From: Heterodontus francisci
Taxonomy: Eukaryota
Direction of reading: 5' to 3'
Length of the DNA: 64,000 bases
Assembly: GCF_036365525.1 (NCBI RefSeq)
Contig: NC_090397.1
Coordinates: 28,828,034-28,892,033 of the forward strand
Part shown: positions 12,308 to 24,504 of the stretch, in pieces
How the letters are laid out: each line of letters opens with the position of its first letter
How positions within the stretch are numbered: position 1 is the stretch's first letter
The notes under the pieces: model-generated
What the model was told of the DNA's origin: nothing
The model's database searches: none
Seen by the model: only the letters and a program-made list of their open reading frames with translations
Position numbers and translations under genes: made by a program

Positions 12308-12426
12308 CCTCAACTGACCTGAACCGTTAACTCTGCTTCTCTCTCCACAGATGCTGCCAGACCTGCTGAGTTTTTCCAGCTGTTTTTATTTCAGATTTCC
12401 AGCATCCGCAGTATTTTGCTTTTATT
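12308..12426 (+). mobile_element. Penelope-like terminal-repeat fragment
   Basis: Matches 10693-10812; 10-bp TSD CTCTCAAATA (12298-12307, 12427-12436). Confidence 0.8.
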
Positions 12427-12699
12427 CTCTCAAATAAACCCTTGAATTAATTTAAAATGAATATTTCAGAATTTAACGACTGTCAGCTGGAAGTTTGTGT
12501 TCATGGTGCAGCGATAAAAACAGGACATTTGCATCCCGAATAGATGGGTACAAATTGTACAGTTCCTCCGATGGGTTTGCATTTTTGTTATAATTCAACG
12601 TTTCTTGATCAGTGCATGTGTGAACTTTAAGTGAGTAACTGTTCTGTGTGACTAATATTGGAGTGACAGTGCCTAAGTAGTGGTTGATGGAGTAGTAAC

Positions 12700-13052
12700 G
12701 GCAGACAGGCAATGGTAACGTTTGCAGAGTGCTGGGGGGAGGAGGGGAATGAAACAGCGCCAAGCGGCAGCTCCGCAGGAGGACTGTGTAGCGTTTGTCG
12801 GTTCCCATGGAGACAGCCCAGCCCGGGCTATCACGTGACGCCGCTTCCCCTAGCAACAAAGTAAAGGTCTGCAGGTTCTACGTCACATCCGTCAACAAAC
12901 AGGTCGAGCTCCTGAGTGAGGGCATCAGGAGGGGGAGGGCTGGCGGCAGCTGCAGGGACAAGGCTACATTTGTGGCAATATCATAGCGGCTTTACCGGAC
13001 GGAACGCACTGTGAAAACAACATTAGCGGCTGTTGAAGCTTCTAGCCGCCAG
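12700..13052 (+). promoter_or_regulatory. TCP11L2: TCP11L2 CpG-island promoter and probable non-coding exon 1
   Basis: CpG/GC-rich island (about 12700-13310) with X-box-like GTTCCCATGGAGAC (12801-12814), E-box TCACGTGAC (12831-12839), CCTAGCAAC (to 12857) and TACGTCA (12879-12885). Strong donor CAG|GTAAGG at 13052/13053. Confidence 0.7.
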
Positions 13053-14533
13053 GTAAGGTTGAAGATGTGCAGAGGGTGAGTCTCGGTGACTGTTTTCCCC
13101 CCCCACCCCCCGGGCGGAGTGGAGTCGCCGGGACCCTGCGGCGACAGGAGCGGGGCAGCAGGCTGGCGGAGCCCCTTTAACCGGGAGCGAGCCTGGTCCC
13201 CGGATCGGCACCGTCCGCTCTGCTCACCTGCCACGACTGGCATTCGGGCCTCGGTTCCTCTCCGCCTGGTTGCCCAACTTTGACACTGTTTATGCCCGGA
13301 CTGCGCACTTTAAATTGCTGATAAACGAGGGGGTTTTGTTCGGGTGAGACTCTGTTTGGAAAGGGTCAAATTCCCCCTCCCGTGTAGACCGGGTGGGCTC
13401 GGGTTAGTGGCTGGGCTCTTCGCCTTGCCCTGTTTGTGCAGCTGCTGATTTTTTTTTTCTTGCTTGTTGTGGTCGCTCTGATCACATGAGTGCCTGCATG
13501 ACGTGGGAAGAGGAGCTTTACGGCTGAGCATCAACTCGCCAAAGCCAGCCATCTATGGCCGTGTTGTTGAACCGAGTGCAGGAAGCAGCCTCCTGAGAGC
13601 TGGCATTGCAGGGAACTCACTCATTCCGTCACTGACCATTCTCATTCCTCCGGCTACTCCAGGGTTTGTCGCTGTAATTCCGGTTTGCCTCCTGTATTTG
13701 TAAACAGCCTTTGTAGTAGTTTGTACACGAGTACTTGCTGAACTGCAGCTGTCTGAAGTTTGTTTTTTGAGTATCAACCATAAAGGTCACGCATGAGCTG
13801 GTGAAAGCAATCATATATTGGCTGAAAGGACTGCTGTGTGATTTAGTGCTAAGTGTATATTCCTTATTCAAAACCGCATACAGTTACTTGGTACTTAAAA
13901 CCAGGGGTCGGGGTGTGTTGTTACTGGGATTTTGATGAAATATAGTGATGGACATGTTTCCTGTAGGGTTGCACTGAGGGTCAAGACCAAGTGTGGTTTT
14001 CAGGTTAGGCGTGATGCGTGGGTGGGGGGATAATCAGACAAGGGTGTACAAACATAATTCAGCCCTCATTTTAAAGTCAGACATTATGTCCTTATTTTAA
14101 TATTTATTATAAATTCATATGACCACGTTTGTTATATAAGCGTATCTTGTAATTGTACGCTCCTGCCAGTAGCTGCACTGCAGCACTTTCACTAGGGGAG
14201 GGTCTAGTTGCAGAACGACGTTTTCATAGGCAGTTAAATATGTGACCATGAGAATCCATAAGGAAAAGTGTTGAGAGGAAGTGCGTGCAGATGCCAGAAG
14301 TTTAATCTGACTGACCGGTTCAGTTTCTGCAGCATAGATTGTGTACTATGAAATCAATTCTAGAAAGTAATGAACAAACACTTCAATCGCATAATTCTGC
14401 AGTTGAAATTAGCGGAGATAAAGATGTCTAGGGAAAAGACTGGTATGCAGAAAGACTATTAGGAAATTGTGTTGGGATATCAATGGACACGTTTGATTTA
14501 CTGTATTTTAAGCATTCTCAGAAACATCAGATT

Positions 14534-16231
14534 CTTCTTTCTTCTTTGGCCTCCTTGTCTCGCGAGACAATGGATACGCGTCTGGAGGTGGTCAGTGGTT
14601 TGTGGAGCAGCGCCTGGAGTGGCTATAAAGGCCAATTCTAGAGTGACAGACTCTTCCACAGGTGCTGCAGATAAAATTGGTTGTCGGGGCTGTTAGACAG
14701 TTGGCTCTCCCCTTGCGCTTCTGTCTTTTTTCCTGCCAACTGCTAAGTCTCTTTGACTCGCCACACTTTAGCCCCGCCTTTATGGCTGCCCGCAAGCTCT
14801 GGCGATCGCTGGTAACTGACTCCCACGACTTGTGATCAATGTCACAGGACTTCATGTCACGTTTGCAGACTTTAAAGCGGAGACATGGACAGCCGGTGGG
14901 TCTGATACCAGTGACGAGCTCGCTGTACAATGTGTCTTTGGGGATCCTGCCATCTTCCATGCGGCTCACATGGCAAAGCCATCTCCAGCACTGCTGGCTC
15001 AGTAGTGTGTATATGCTGGGGATGTTGGCCGTCTCGAGGACTTCTGTGTTGGAGATACAGTCCTGCCACCTGATGCCAAGGATTCTCCGGAGGCAGCGAA
15101 GATGGAATGAATTGAGACGTTGCTCTTGGCTGACATACGTTGTCCAGGCCTCGCTGCCGTAGAGCAAGGTACTGAGGACACAGGCTTGATACGCTCGGAC
15201 CTTTGTGTTCCGTGTCAGTGCGCCATTTTCCCACACACTCTTGGCCAGTTCTGGACATAGCAGTGGAAGCCTTTTCCATGCGCTTGTTGATTTCTGCAGT
15301 GAGAGAAAGGTTACTGGTGATAGTTGAGCCTCGGTAGGTGAACCCTTGAACCACTTCCAGAGCGTGGTCGCCGATATTGTTGGATGGAGCATTTCTGACC
15401 TCCTGCCCCATGATGTTTGTTTTCTTGAGGCTTATAGGCCAAATTCATTGCAGGCAGCCGCAATCCTGTCGATGAGTCTCTGCAGACACTCTTCAGTGTG
15501 AGATGTTAATGCAGCATCGTCAGCAAAGAGAAGTTCCCTGTTGAGGACTTTCTGTACTTTGGTCTTCGCTCTTAAACAGGCAAGGTTGAAAAACCTGCCA
15601 CCTGATCTTGTGCAGAGGAAAATTCCTTCTTCTGAAGACTTGAACGCATGTGAGAGCAGCAGGGAGAAGAAGATCCCAAACAGTGTAGGTGCGAGAACAC
15701 AGCCCTGTTTCACGCCACTCAGGATAGGAAAGGGGTCTGATGAGGCACCGCTATGCTGAATTGTGCCTTTCATATTGTCATGGAATGAGGTGAGGATACT
15801 TAGTAGCTTTGGTGGACAGCCGATCTTTTCTAGTAGTCTGAAGAGACCACGTCTGCTGACGAGGTCAAAGGCTTTGGTGAGATCAATGAAAGCAACGTAG
15901 AGGGGCATCAGTAGTTCACGGCATTTCTCCTGTAGCTGGCGAAGGGAGAACAGCATGTCAATGGTCGATCTCTGCACGAAAGCCACACTATGCCTCAGGG
16001 TAGACACGCTTAGCCAGCTTCTGGAGCCTGTTTAAAGCGACTCAAGCGAAGACTTTCCCCACTGTGCTGAGCAGGGAGATTCCACGGTAGTTGTTGCGGT
16101 CACCCTTGTTCTTATAGAGGGTGATGATATTGGCATCGCGCATGTCCTGTGGTACTGCTCCCTCATCCCAACACAGGCAAAGCAGTTCGTACAGTGCTGA
16201 AAGTATAGCAGGCTTGGCACTCTTGATTATT
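14534..16231 (-). mobile_element. RTE-clade LINE, 5'-truncated, frameshifted
   Basis: FIDLTKAFD, GVKQGCVLAP, LFADD and C-terminal CSTCGRVCHSRIGLYSH; GAA-rich tail; flanking TCAGATT (14527-14533, 16232-16238). Confidence 0.92.
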
Positions 16232-16845
16232 TCAGATTACGAGCCTGATAATCCCAGAATTAGAATAGGAAACTGTCAAACCCTTTTTAACTGGGTTTCA
16301 TCTTTCATCGTGACCTACAGATAGTCTATTACCCTAAACTGTTGCTGCTCCTTGACTTGAGACATGTGATGGCTTGTCTCATGGCACCTCTTAAAAGATA
16401 GGGAGAAAGTCAGTGGATGGCCCATAAAACCAGAAAGATTCCAAGTTTGATTCCTGATTTCTGCTGAGATAACTGAGCTCAGTGGGGCAGCAGTAAGGAT
16501 GATAATATTGGCCTCAACACCCATGGGTTAGACAGGAAAAACTGGCAGTGTCCTGTTTCTTATTGACCCTTTTTGGAAATATACAGCTGTCGGTTGAGGA
16601 CACAATCTGGTTTGTCCTGATGCTTCCTGTGTCAAATAGTGTGTCAAGATTCATGTGTGACTGATGTTTGTGGAGCTGGACCATGGTAGATGAAATTGGG
16701 GGAAATTTAATGTCGCGAAAATCAGACTACAGGAAATGTAAAAAAGCCTCTAAGTAGCATCCAATTCTACAAATTTTTTTTATGGAGACTGGCTCTGAAT
16801 TGAAGCAGCGTATGATATTGCTGTTAAATTGTTTTTGTATGATCT

Positions 16846-17275
16846 AAAAAGAAAGACTTGCATTTGTTGGCTGAAAGTTGCTAAATAAGTACTTTTTGTA
16901 GTGTAGTCAGTGCTGTAATGTTGAAAACATGGCAAGCCATTTGCACACCTCAAGGTCTCTCAGATATTATAATGACTGGATAATCTGTTTTTGTGATATT
17001 GAATGAGGGATAAATATTGGCCCGAGCACCAGGGATAACACCCTTGCTCTTCCTTGAAATAGTGCCATGGGATCTTTTTTGTCCACCTGAGCGGGCAGAA
17101 AGGGCCTCAGTTTAACGTCGCATCCAAAAGCCGGCATCTCTGACCAGCACAGTACTGAGGGAATGCTGTACTGGGTGTCAGCTAAGATTTTTGTGCTAAA
17201 GTCCAGGAGTGGGACTTGAACCCACAACCTTCTGACTCAGAAGCAAGAGTGCTACCAACTGAGCCACAGCTGACA
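16846..17275 (-). mobile_element. Deu-domain tRNA SINE (SacSINE1-like), near full length
   Basis: Reverse complement begins TGTCAGCTGTGGCTCAGTTGGTAGCA...GGTTCAAGTCCC (A/B boxes) and parallels 38239-38690. Confidence 0.75.
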
Positions 17276-17448
17276 TTTAATGTAACTGCCAACTATATCC
17301 AATCATGAATTAAACTGGACACAAATATAGTACATTTAAGATCCTCTTGGCTACTTTCATGTTTTCAACAGTCTTTCAAATCCTACCCACAATTTTCACT
17401 TATTGGGACCCATTGAGTGGTCACTCATTATTTCTCCAGTCCACACCT

Positions 17449-18011
17449 AGAGTCATAGAGTCATACAATACAGCAACAGGCCCATCGTGTCCATGCCGGC
17501 CATCTAGCACCAATCTATTCTAATCCCATTTTGCATCACTTGACCTGTAGCCTTGTATGCTATGGCAATTCAACAGCTCCTCTAGATACTTCTTAAATGT
17601 TGAGCGTTCCTGCCTCTACCACCCCTTCAGGCAGTGTGTTCCAGATTCCAGCCACCCTCTGGGTGAAAACATATTTCCTCAAATCCCCTCTAAACCTCTT
17701 GCCTCTTACCTTCAATCTATGCCCCCTGATTATTGACCCCTCCGCTATGGGAAAAAGTTTCTTCCTATCTACCCGATCTATGCCCCTCAATTTTGTATAC
17801 CTCAATCAGGTCCCCCCTCGGCCTTCTCTGCTCTAAGGAAAACAACCCTAGCCTATCCAGTTTCTTTCTTCATTGCTTAAATGCTGCAGCCCAAGCAACA
17901 TCCCGGTGAATCTCCTCTGCACCTTCTCCAGTGCAATCACATCCTTCCTATAGTGTGGTGTCCAAAACTGTACACAGTACTCCAGCTGTGGCCTAACTAG
18001 CGTTTTATACG
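17449..18011 (-). mobile_element. CR1 LINE 3' fragment
   Basis: RGHRLKVRG...FTQRVAGIWNTLP on the minus strand; CTCTATGA-type tail. Confidence 0.88.
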
Positions 18012-18015
18012 GCTT

Positions 18016-18531
18016 ATAGAGTACTGCTTATAGTTTTGGTCTCCGTATTTGAGGAGGGATTCACTTGCATTGGAGGCAGTTCAGAGAAGGTTCACTAGGT
18101 TGGTTCCTCGTATGAAGGAATTGTCTTATGAGGAAAGGTTGAGCATGTTGGGCTTATACTCAAATGAGAAATGATCTTATTGAAACATAAGATTCTGACG
18201 GGGCTTGACGGGGCAGATGCTGAGAGGATGTTTCCTCTTGTGAGGGAATCTGGAACGAGGGGTCATAGTTTCAGAATAAGGGAAGAATTTCTTCTCAAAG
18301 TTGTGAATCTTTTGGAGTTCTCTATCCCAGAGAGCTGTGGGAGCTGAGGCATTGAATATATTCAAGGTTGAGATTGACAGATTTTTTGAACTATAAGGGA
18401 GTCAAGGGTTATGGGGAACAGGCAGGAAAGTGGAGTTGAGGCCAAGATCGGATCAGCCATGATCTTATTGAATGACAGAACAGGTTGAGGGGCCATATGG
18501 CCTACTTTTCCAATTTCTTATCTTTTTATGT
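18016..18531 (+). mobile_element. CR1 LINE 3' fragment, different subfamily
   Basis: EYC..FWSPYLRRD.LALEAVQRRFTRL; 3' UTR like that of 5281-6458. Confidence 0.85.
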
Positions 18532-18632
18532 TACATGCTGTATCATCAAATGTAACATAAGAGAAAATTCTCTAAGTTTGACTTTTCATTTAAAAACTTG
18601 CAGATTTGATGAATTTTTTGTTTATTTTTAAG

Positions 18633-18685
18633 GTGCACCTCTTGAATTACTTGCAATCCTTTTGTAGAGCTACTACACTTGAAAG
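18633..18685 (+). other. Candidate 53-nt non-coding 5' UTR exon of TCP11L2
   Basis: T-rich tract ending TTTTTAAG, then AAG|GTAAGC donor; lies between the promoter and the first coding exon; contains no ATG. Confidence 0.45.
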
Positions 18686-20366
18686 GTAAGCGATACTTTC
18701 ATTTTGGGAGTGAAAAGGAATAAAGAGACTGATACTAACAAGGGCTTTTATTTCTGCATCAGATGTCCCATGCATGATTGAGCAGATAATTCATGGAATC
18801 GTAAAATGGTTACCGCACAAAAGAAGGCCTTTCATCCAGTCAAATCTGTGTCAACTCTTTGCAAGAACAATTTAACTAGTCTCACCCCACCGCCCTTTTC
18901 CCCCCTGCAAATGTTTTTTCTTCCGGCGCATATCCAATTCCCTTTTGAAAGCCATGATTGACTCTGACTCTACCTCCACCACTCTTGTGCAATACATTTC
19001 AGACCCTAATCACTTGCTGGGTAAAAAAGTTTTTCATGTTACCTTTGATTCTTTCGCGAATCACTTTGAATCTGTGTCGTGTTTGAAGCAGACGGTGTCA
19101 AAGCTGCTTGATTTTGGACAGGGTTGGTAGTGCAGTGGGGATGGTGGGGGCAATAGAGTCTGTGTGAATAAGAGAAGTTCGAGTTATTGGAAGGTTCCTG
19201 GGCCTGGCCCAATGTTCTAATGAAGAATGCATGTGGGTGCTGATGAATCCATGCTTTCACCCCATTTTCTCCTATTAACTGTGTGCATGGATCTCTCTTC
19301 AGTTCTGATATATATTGCTCCCTGCTCCGCTGTTTGTTTCCTTGCTCTGCTCTCTGGTCCCATCTCTAATCGTCTGAGTTGAGACAAATGCCACCTGCCA
19401 CAGACCCATTATGGGGGAGAAAAAGCAATGATGTTTGGATCAGACAGAGCTCACTGTTCTGCTGCATCTGTCTGTTTGAGAACAAACCTGCAAGAGTTAA
19501 TAAAATTCTGATTAATATATACTAGAATCTGCGAATAAAAAGGGGAAAGGCTGAAACTGACAAATGGCAGGAGTGATAACAGCTTCACTTTCACTGCTGC
19601 CACCTCTTTATCGCAGTTTAGGTTTTTATTTTTCTCAACTTATTAGAATACAAGTGTTAAAATTAGCCAGGACTGCTGCTGCTCAGAAATGGGATAAAGT
19701 GAGAGGCAAATGTTGGAGGTGGCAGGGTAGGGGAAGAGAGGGTGGAAGGAGAGAGAGAGAGATATGCTAAAAATGAAGATTAACAGAAAGGGAGCCAGTT
19801 TTTTTACATTTGTTCATGGTGTGTGGGCATTGCTAGCAAGGCAAGCAGTTATTGCCCATCCTTAATTGCCCTTGAGAAGGTGGTGGTCAGCCACTTTCTT
19901 GAGCTGCTGCAGTTCATGTAGTGTTGTAGATTGATGCTTTTTTTAAAACATGAGCACTACCATGGTCAATTAGTTTTGTCAAGAAAAGTACAGTTTTACA
20001 TTTTTTCTTGTACCTGCCCCCTTTGACTTGTGGCATATGGAGAATAGCAGAAAATTGATCACACTTCCTGCTTGTTTACTGGACCGGTTTATTCAGGCTT
20101 TTTTGTTTGGGATTAGAAGTTGACCAACTCCCCTGCAGCTGGTAAGAGATTACTAATTTTTGTCTGAGGATCATACAAGTAACACTTGCTTTTTCTTTGC
20201 TCCTTCCATTCTGTGTTTGTTTGGTCTATTGTTTCAAATGCTTATTGTTTCTTTCAAGTTATTTTATGAAATCCCAATTAAATGTGTTAATGAATCCAGA
20301 AAGCATAGGAACAGTTTTCAGTAATGGATTTCTGAATTAGCACTTTTGTTTTTTTACAGTGAGAAG

Positions 20367-20526
20367 ATGCCTTTCAGTAATGAGAAACATTCCTTGAATG
20401 ATGAATCATTGAACAGTGACACTGAATCTTGTGAACGGTCAGATAGTGTCAACTCTTCCAACGACTACGAATATGCTCGACAAAGCTTCAGTAGTGATTC
20501 TTCCAGCAAACCCAGCTCTCCAGCCT
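20367..20526 (+). CDS. TCP11L2: T-complex protein 11-like 2, coding exon 1 (exon starts 20360, ATG 20367)
   Basis: TTTTTACAG acceptor. MPFSNEK...DYEYARQSFSSDSSSKPSSPA resembles recalled human TCP11L2 (MPFNGEK...DYECSRQSFASDSSSKSSSPA). GTAAGT donor. Confidence 0.95.
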
Positions 20527-20670
20527 GTAAGTCTTTGAGCTCTATCTTTCACAACAGTTGCAAAATGTGGTCTGTGATAGATAGTAATGTATCTGAAGCT
20601 ATTATTACCTTCTGCACATTTAGGTTGAATGCAGCCTTGCTTTATTTTACTGTGCAAGAAGCACCTAATA

Positions 20671-22128
20671 TTAGAATTAGAACATTACAGCGCAGTACAG
20701 GCCCTTCGGCCCTCGATGTTGCGCCGACCTGTGAAACCATCTGACCTACACTATTCCATTTTCATCCATATGTCTATCCAATGACCACTTAAATGCCCTT
20801 AAAGTTGGCGAGTCTACTACTGTTGCAGGCAGGGCGTTCCACGCCCCTACTACTCTGAGTAAAGAAACTACCTCTGACATCTGTCCTATATCTATCACCC
20901 CTCAACTTAAAGCTATGTCCCCTCGTGTTTGCCATCACCATCCGAGGAAAAAGACTCTCACTATCCACCCTATCTAACCCTCTGATTATCTTATATGTCT
21001 CTATTAAGTCACCTCTCCTCCTCCTTCTCTCCAACGAAAACAACCTCAAGTCCCTCAGCCTTTCCTCGTAAGACCTTCCCTCCATACCAGGCAACATCCT
21101 AGTAAATCTCCTCTGCACCCTTTCCGTAGCTTCCACATCCTTCCTATAATGCGGTGACCAGAACTGCACGCAATACTCCAGGTGCGGTCTCACCAGAGTT
21201 TTGTACAGCTGCAGCATGACATCGTGGCTCCGAAACTCGATCCCCCTACTAATAAAAGCTAACACACCATATGCCTTCTTAACAGCCCTATTAACCTGGG
21301 TAGCAACCTTCAGGGATTTATGTACCTGGACGCCAAGATCTCTCTGTTCATCTACACTACCAAGAATCTTCCCATTAGCCCAGTACTCTGCATTCCTGTT
21401 ACTCCTTCCAAAGTGAATCACCTCACACTTTTCCGCATTAAACCCCATTTGCCATCTCTCAGCCCAGCTCTGCAGCCTATCTATGTCCCTCTGTACCCTA
21501 CAACATCCTTCGGCACTATCCACAACTCCACCGACCTTCGTGTCATCCGCAAATTTACTAACTCACCCTTCTACACCCTCTTCCAGGTCATTTATAAAAA
21601 TGACAAACAGCAGTGGCCCCAAAACAGATCCTTGCGGTACTCCGCTAGTAACTAAACTCCAGGATGAACATTTGCCATCAACCACCACCCTCTGTCTTCT
21701 TTCAGCTAGCCAATTTCTGATCCAAAGCTCTAAATCACCTTCAACCCCATACTTACGTATTTTCTGCAATAGCCTACCGTGGGGAACCTTATCAAACGCC
21801 TTACTGAAATCCATATACACCACATCCACTGCTTTACCCTCATCCACCTGTTTGGTCACCTTCTCGAAAAACTCAATAAGGTTTGTGAGGCACGACCTAC
21901 CCTTCACAAAACCGTGCTGACTATCGCTAATGAACTTATTCTTTTCAAGATGATTATACATCCTGTCTCTTATAACCTTTTCCAACATTTTACCCACAAC
22001 CGAAGTAAGGCTCACAGGTCTATAATTACCAGGGCTGTCTCTACTCCCCTTCTTGAACAAGGGGACAACATTTGCTATCCTCCAGTCTTCCGGCACTATT
22101 CCTGTCGACAATGACGACATAAAGATCA
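20671..22128 (-). mobile_element. Young CR1 LINE, 5'-truncated
   Basis: Nearly uninterrupted RT ([34 protein letters not shown]); one in-frame TGA at 21563-21565 and a late frameshift; CpGs retained; (TTCTAA)2 tail. Confidence 0.95.
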
Positions 22129-24371
22129 ATGTTTGTTTGTTTTACTTAACAATTGAGTGATGTCCAGTTACCATGATGATTAAAAAAAAATGTTCAAAGG
22201 TATAAGATTGATACAGTATTTAAATAAGTACTAAAGGACCCAGTCAGATTTGATGTTCGTACCTTCTAGACATTGGACTACCCAATTTACATCAATTAGC
22301 CTAAATGGTTTTGAACTTATTGAATTCAGGAGCAAGAAATTTGTGTTTTTTTTTGTTCTCCACAATGCCAAATGGAGTTAAAATATTCCATCACAGGGTT
22401 GAAGGAACAGTGAGGTTGCTAATATTGACCTTCTGAGTATTTGCAATCTTCTGCAATTTTCACCACTTGCTTATCCCAGTGTAAATCACCAAACCAAGAA
22501 TGTGAATGCTTGTTTATAATTGAACAGCACTCACAGTCCAATGAGTAGAAGAAGGCCAATATTGCAGACTGAAAGTTACTGTCTTAGTATCACTGTGCTG
22601 TAGATAACCCATCTTCTGTTTTATGTCTGTCTAAAGTGATTTGATTGTCCCTTATCTTGGATGGCTAGGTGACGGCACCTTCTGCTTATTGAAGACATGC
22701 ACTTGGTTAATGGCATCCACCACATCATTGATTAGGATAGTAAACCAAGTATATTTACCTAAAGTGCACCTGTATAGATGCAAAATAAAATGGAGGTTTG
22801 TTTTATCGTGACCTAATGTTTACGTCCTCCTGAGGATTGTCCGCCCGAGGATAACATGCATCTAATTAACAATTCACTACAAGAAAAGACCAGTTTCTCT
22901 CAAGGCAAGAATGCTGCACGCCAGTAAAGGCCCCAAAATTCCAAGGGCTGCTGTTGTAAGTTCTTACTAGATATGGAGAGAATTTCTGTGTTTCTGCACT
23001 GTGAATTTGACCATATCATCAGTGATCAGACTTGCTTTCAAGCCAAATTGGCGATCAAAGGTGATTTTTAATTTCAGATAAGCTTTTCATTCAGTATGAT
23101 TTTTATGGCCTTTGACACCATTGTCAGGGAGATTGAAGGCCTGGGCCGTTAAAAGCATGAAGTTGAAAGCAATGGAGAAATGAAAAATTCTGAGGCAGAG
23201 TAAACATAGGGTGAAGGAAGAGATTCAGAAGTTAGGACTATTTCTGTTGCCTGTTATTCTTGCGATTGAAACACTATCTCCTCATGCTCTTAGAGGTACA
23301 TCATTCTGTAGCTGGAGTTCAAGTTTGAACCTTGAATGAGCCACTAATAGGTGGTTGGAGACATTAATTTTCTTCCTGCTCAAGGTGAGGGACTAGCTGG
23401 AGAGTGAAAAGCTTCCACCTTTTAAGTCTAAGCCGGATACGAAATAAAATGCTTTCTATTTCAGCTCAAGCTGCCTTAACATCAGCTTCAGAAGAGAATC
23501 TTATACTATGCCGGTGTGGCATTTGTTTCTCATATCAGTGTGGCCGCCTTGTCTTCCTGAATAAAATTATTCATTTTTGTAATTGAAAGAAGTCTTCTGA
23601 TGTGGATGGTTGGCAATTAGGAGCTGAGTTGAGATTTCCTCATAGTCATTTAACTTGGGACTCTTACAGCTAGAAGAAGAGCCTTTGATCCCATCCATAT
23701 AGGCTGGATTCAGATTCAGGTTCCAAAAGTTAGAGGATGCTGCCTTAACCCACTCTACTATCCAACCCCCTTGTTTACTTCATTAGACAGGGGAAATGAG
23801 CATTTGGGCATAAATCCAAAAATAGTAATTGCTGAGACTTGAGTAGGAGTTGAGCCTTGGGGAAACTGGGACACATGGGACATGGGTCAAAATCCTGGAA
23901 CTCCCTTCCTAACAGCACTGTAGATGTACCTACCCCACATGGACTGCAGTGGTTCAAGAAGGCAGCTCACCACCACCTTCTCGAGGGCAATTGGAAATGG
24001 GCAATAAATGCTGGCCTGGCCAGCGACGCCCACATCCCATGAATGAATAAAAAAAAATAAAATCAAGATCTATCTGGAATTCTGAATGTAATCTTGGATA
24101 TGCTGCCACATGGCAGGAAAATGTTAGCAAGTGCTTATGCAAGATAAAAAGCCATCTTACTCGCATTTTTGCTACATGTGTGGTATGCATTCTCACACTT
24201 TCCTCCTCACCTGGTTTTAATGGAAGTACTAAATTGTAGATGTTAATGTTGAATAGCTGGAGTAAGATGTGTATTCCTACACAAGTGATAGTTATGAGCA
24301 GTTGCATGTTTATGCTGAGACTTTCCAGAGTATGAATCGTCAAAAGTTATTTTTTGGTTTTGTCACTGCAG

Positions 24372-24504
24372 CAAGCCCTCCTAAATTGGTTTCTTTTGAT
24401 GACCTGATGGAGACTGCAAAAGGATTGTCAAATATGACTCTGGCTCATGAAATAGTCATGAATAGCAACTTTCAAATGAAACCAATTGATCTTCCTCCAC
24501 AAAG
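24372..24504 (+). CDS. TCP11L2: TCP11L2 coding exon 2
   Basis: CTGCAG acceptor; SSPPKLVSFDDLMETAKGLSNMTLAHEIVMNSNF; AG|GTAAGA donor; phase consistent. Confidence 0.95.

Noticed and set aside
12473-13871. Several 60-128 aa ORFs in the CpG island
   Set aside because: Expected from GC-rich sequence poor in stop codons; no recognisable protein similarity.
20527-20744. Extension of the TCP11L2 first coding exon to 132 aa
   Set aside because: Strong GTAAGT donor at 20527; the extension runs into intron and CR1 tail.
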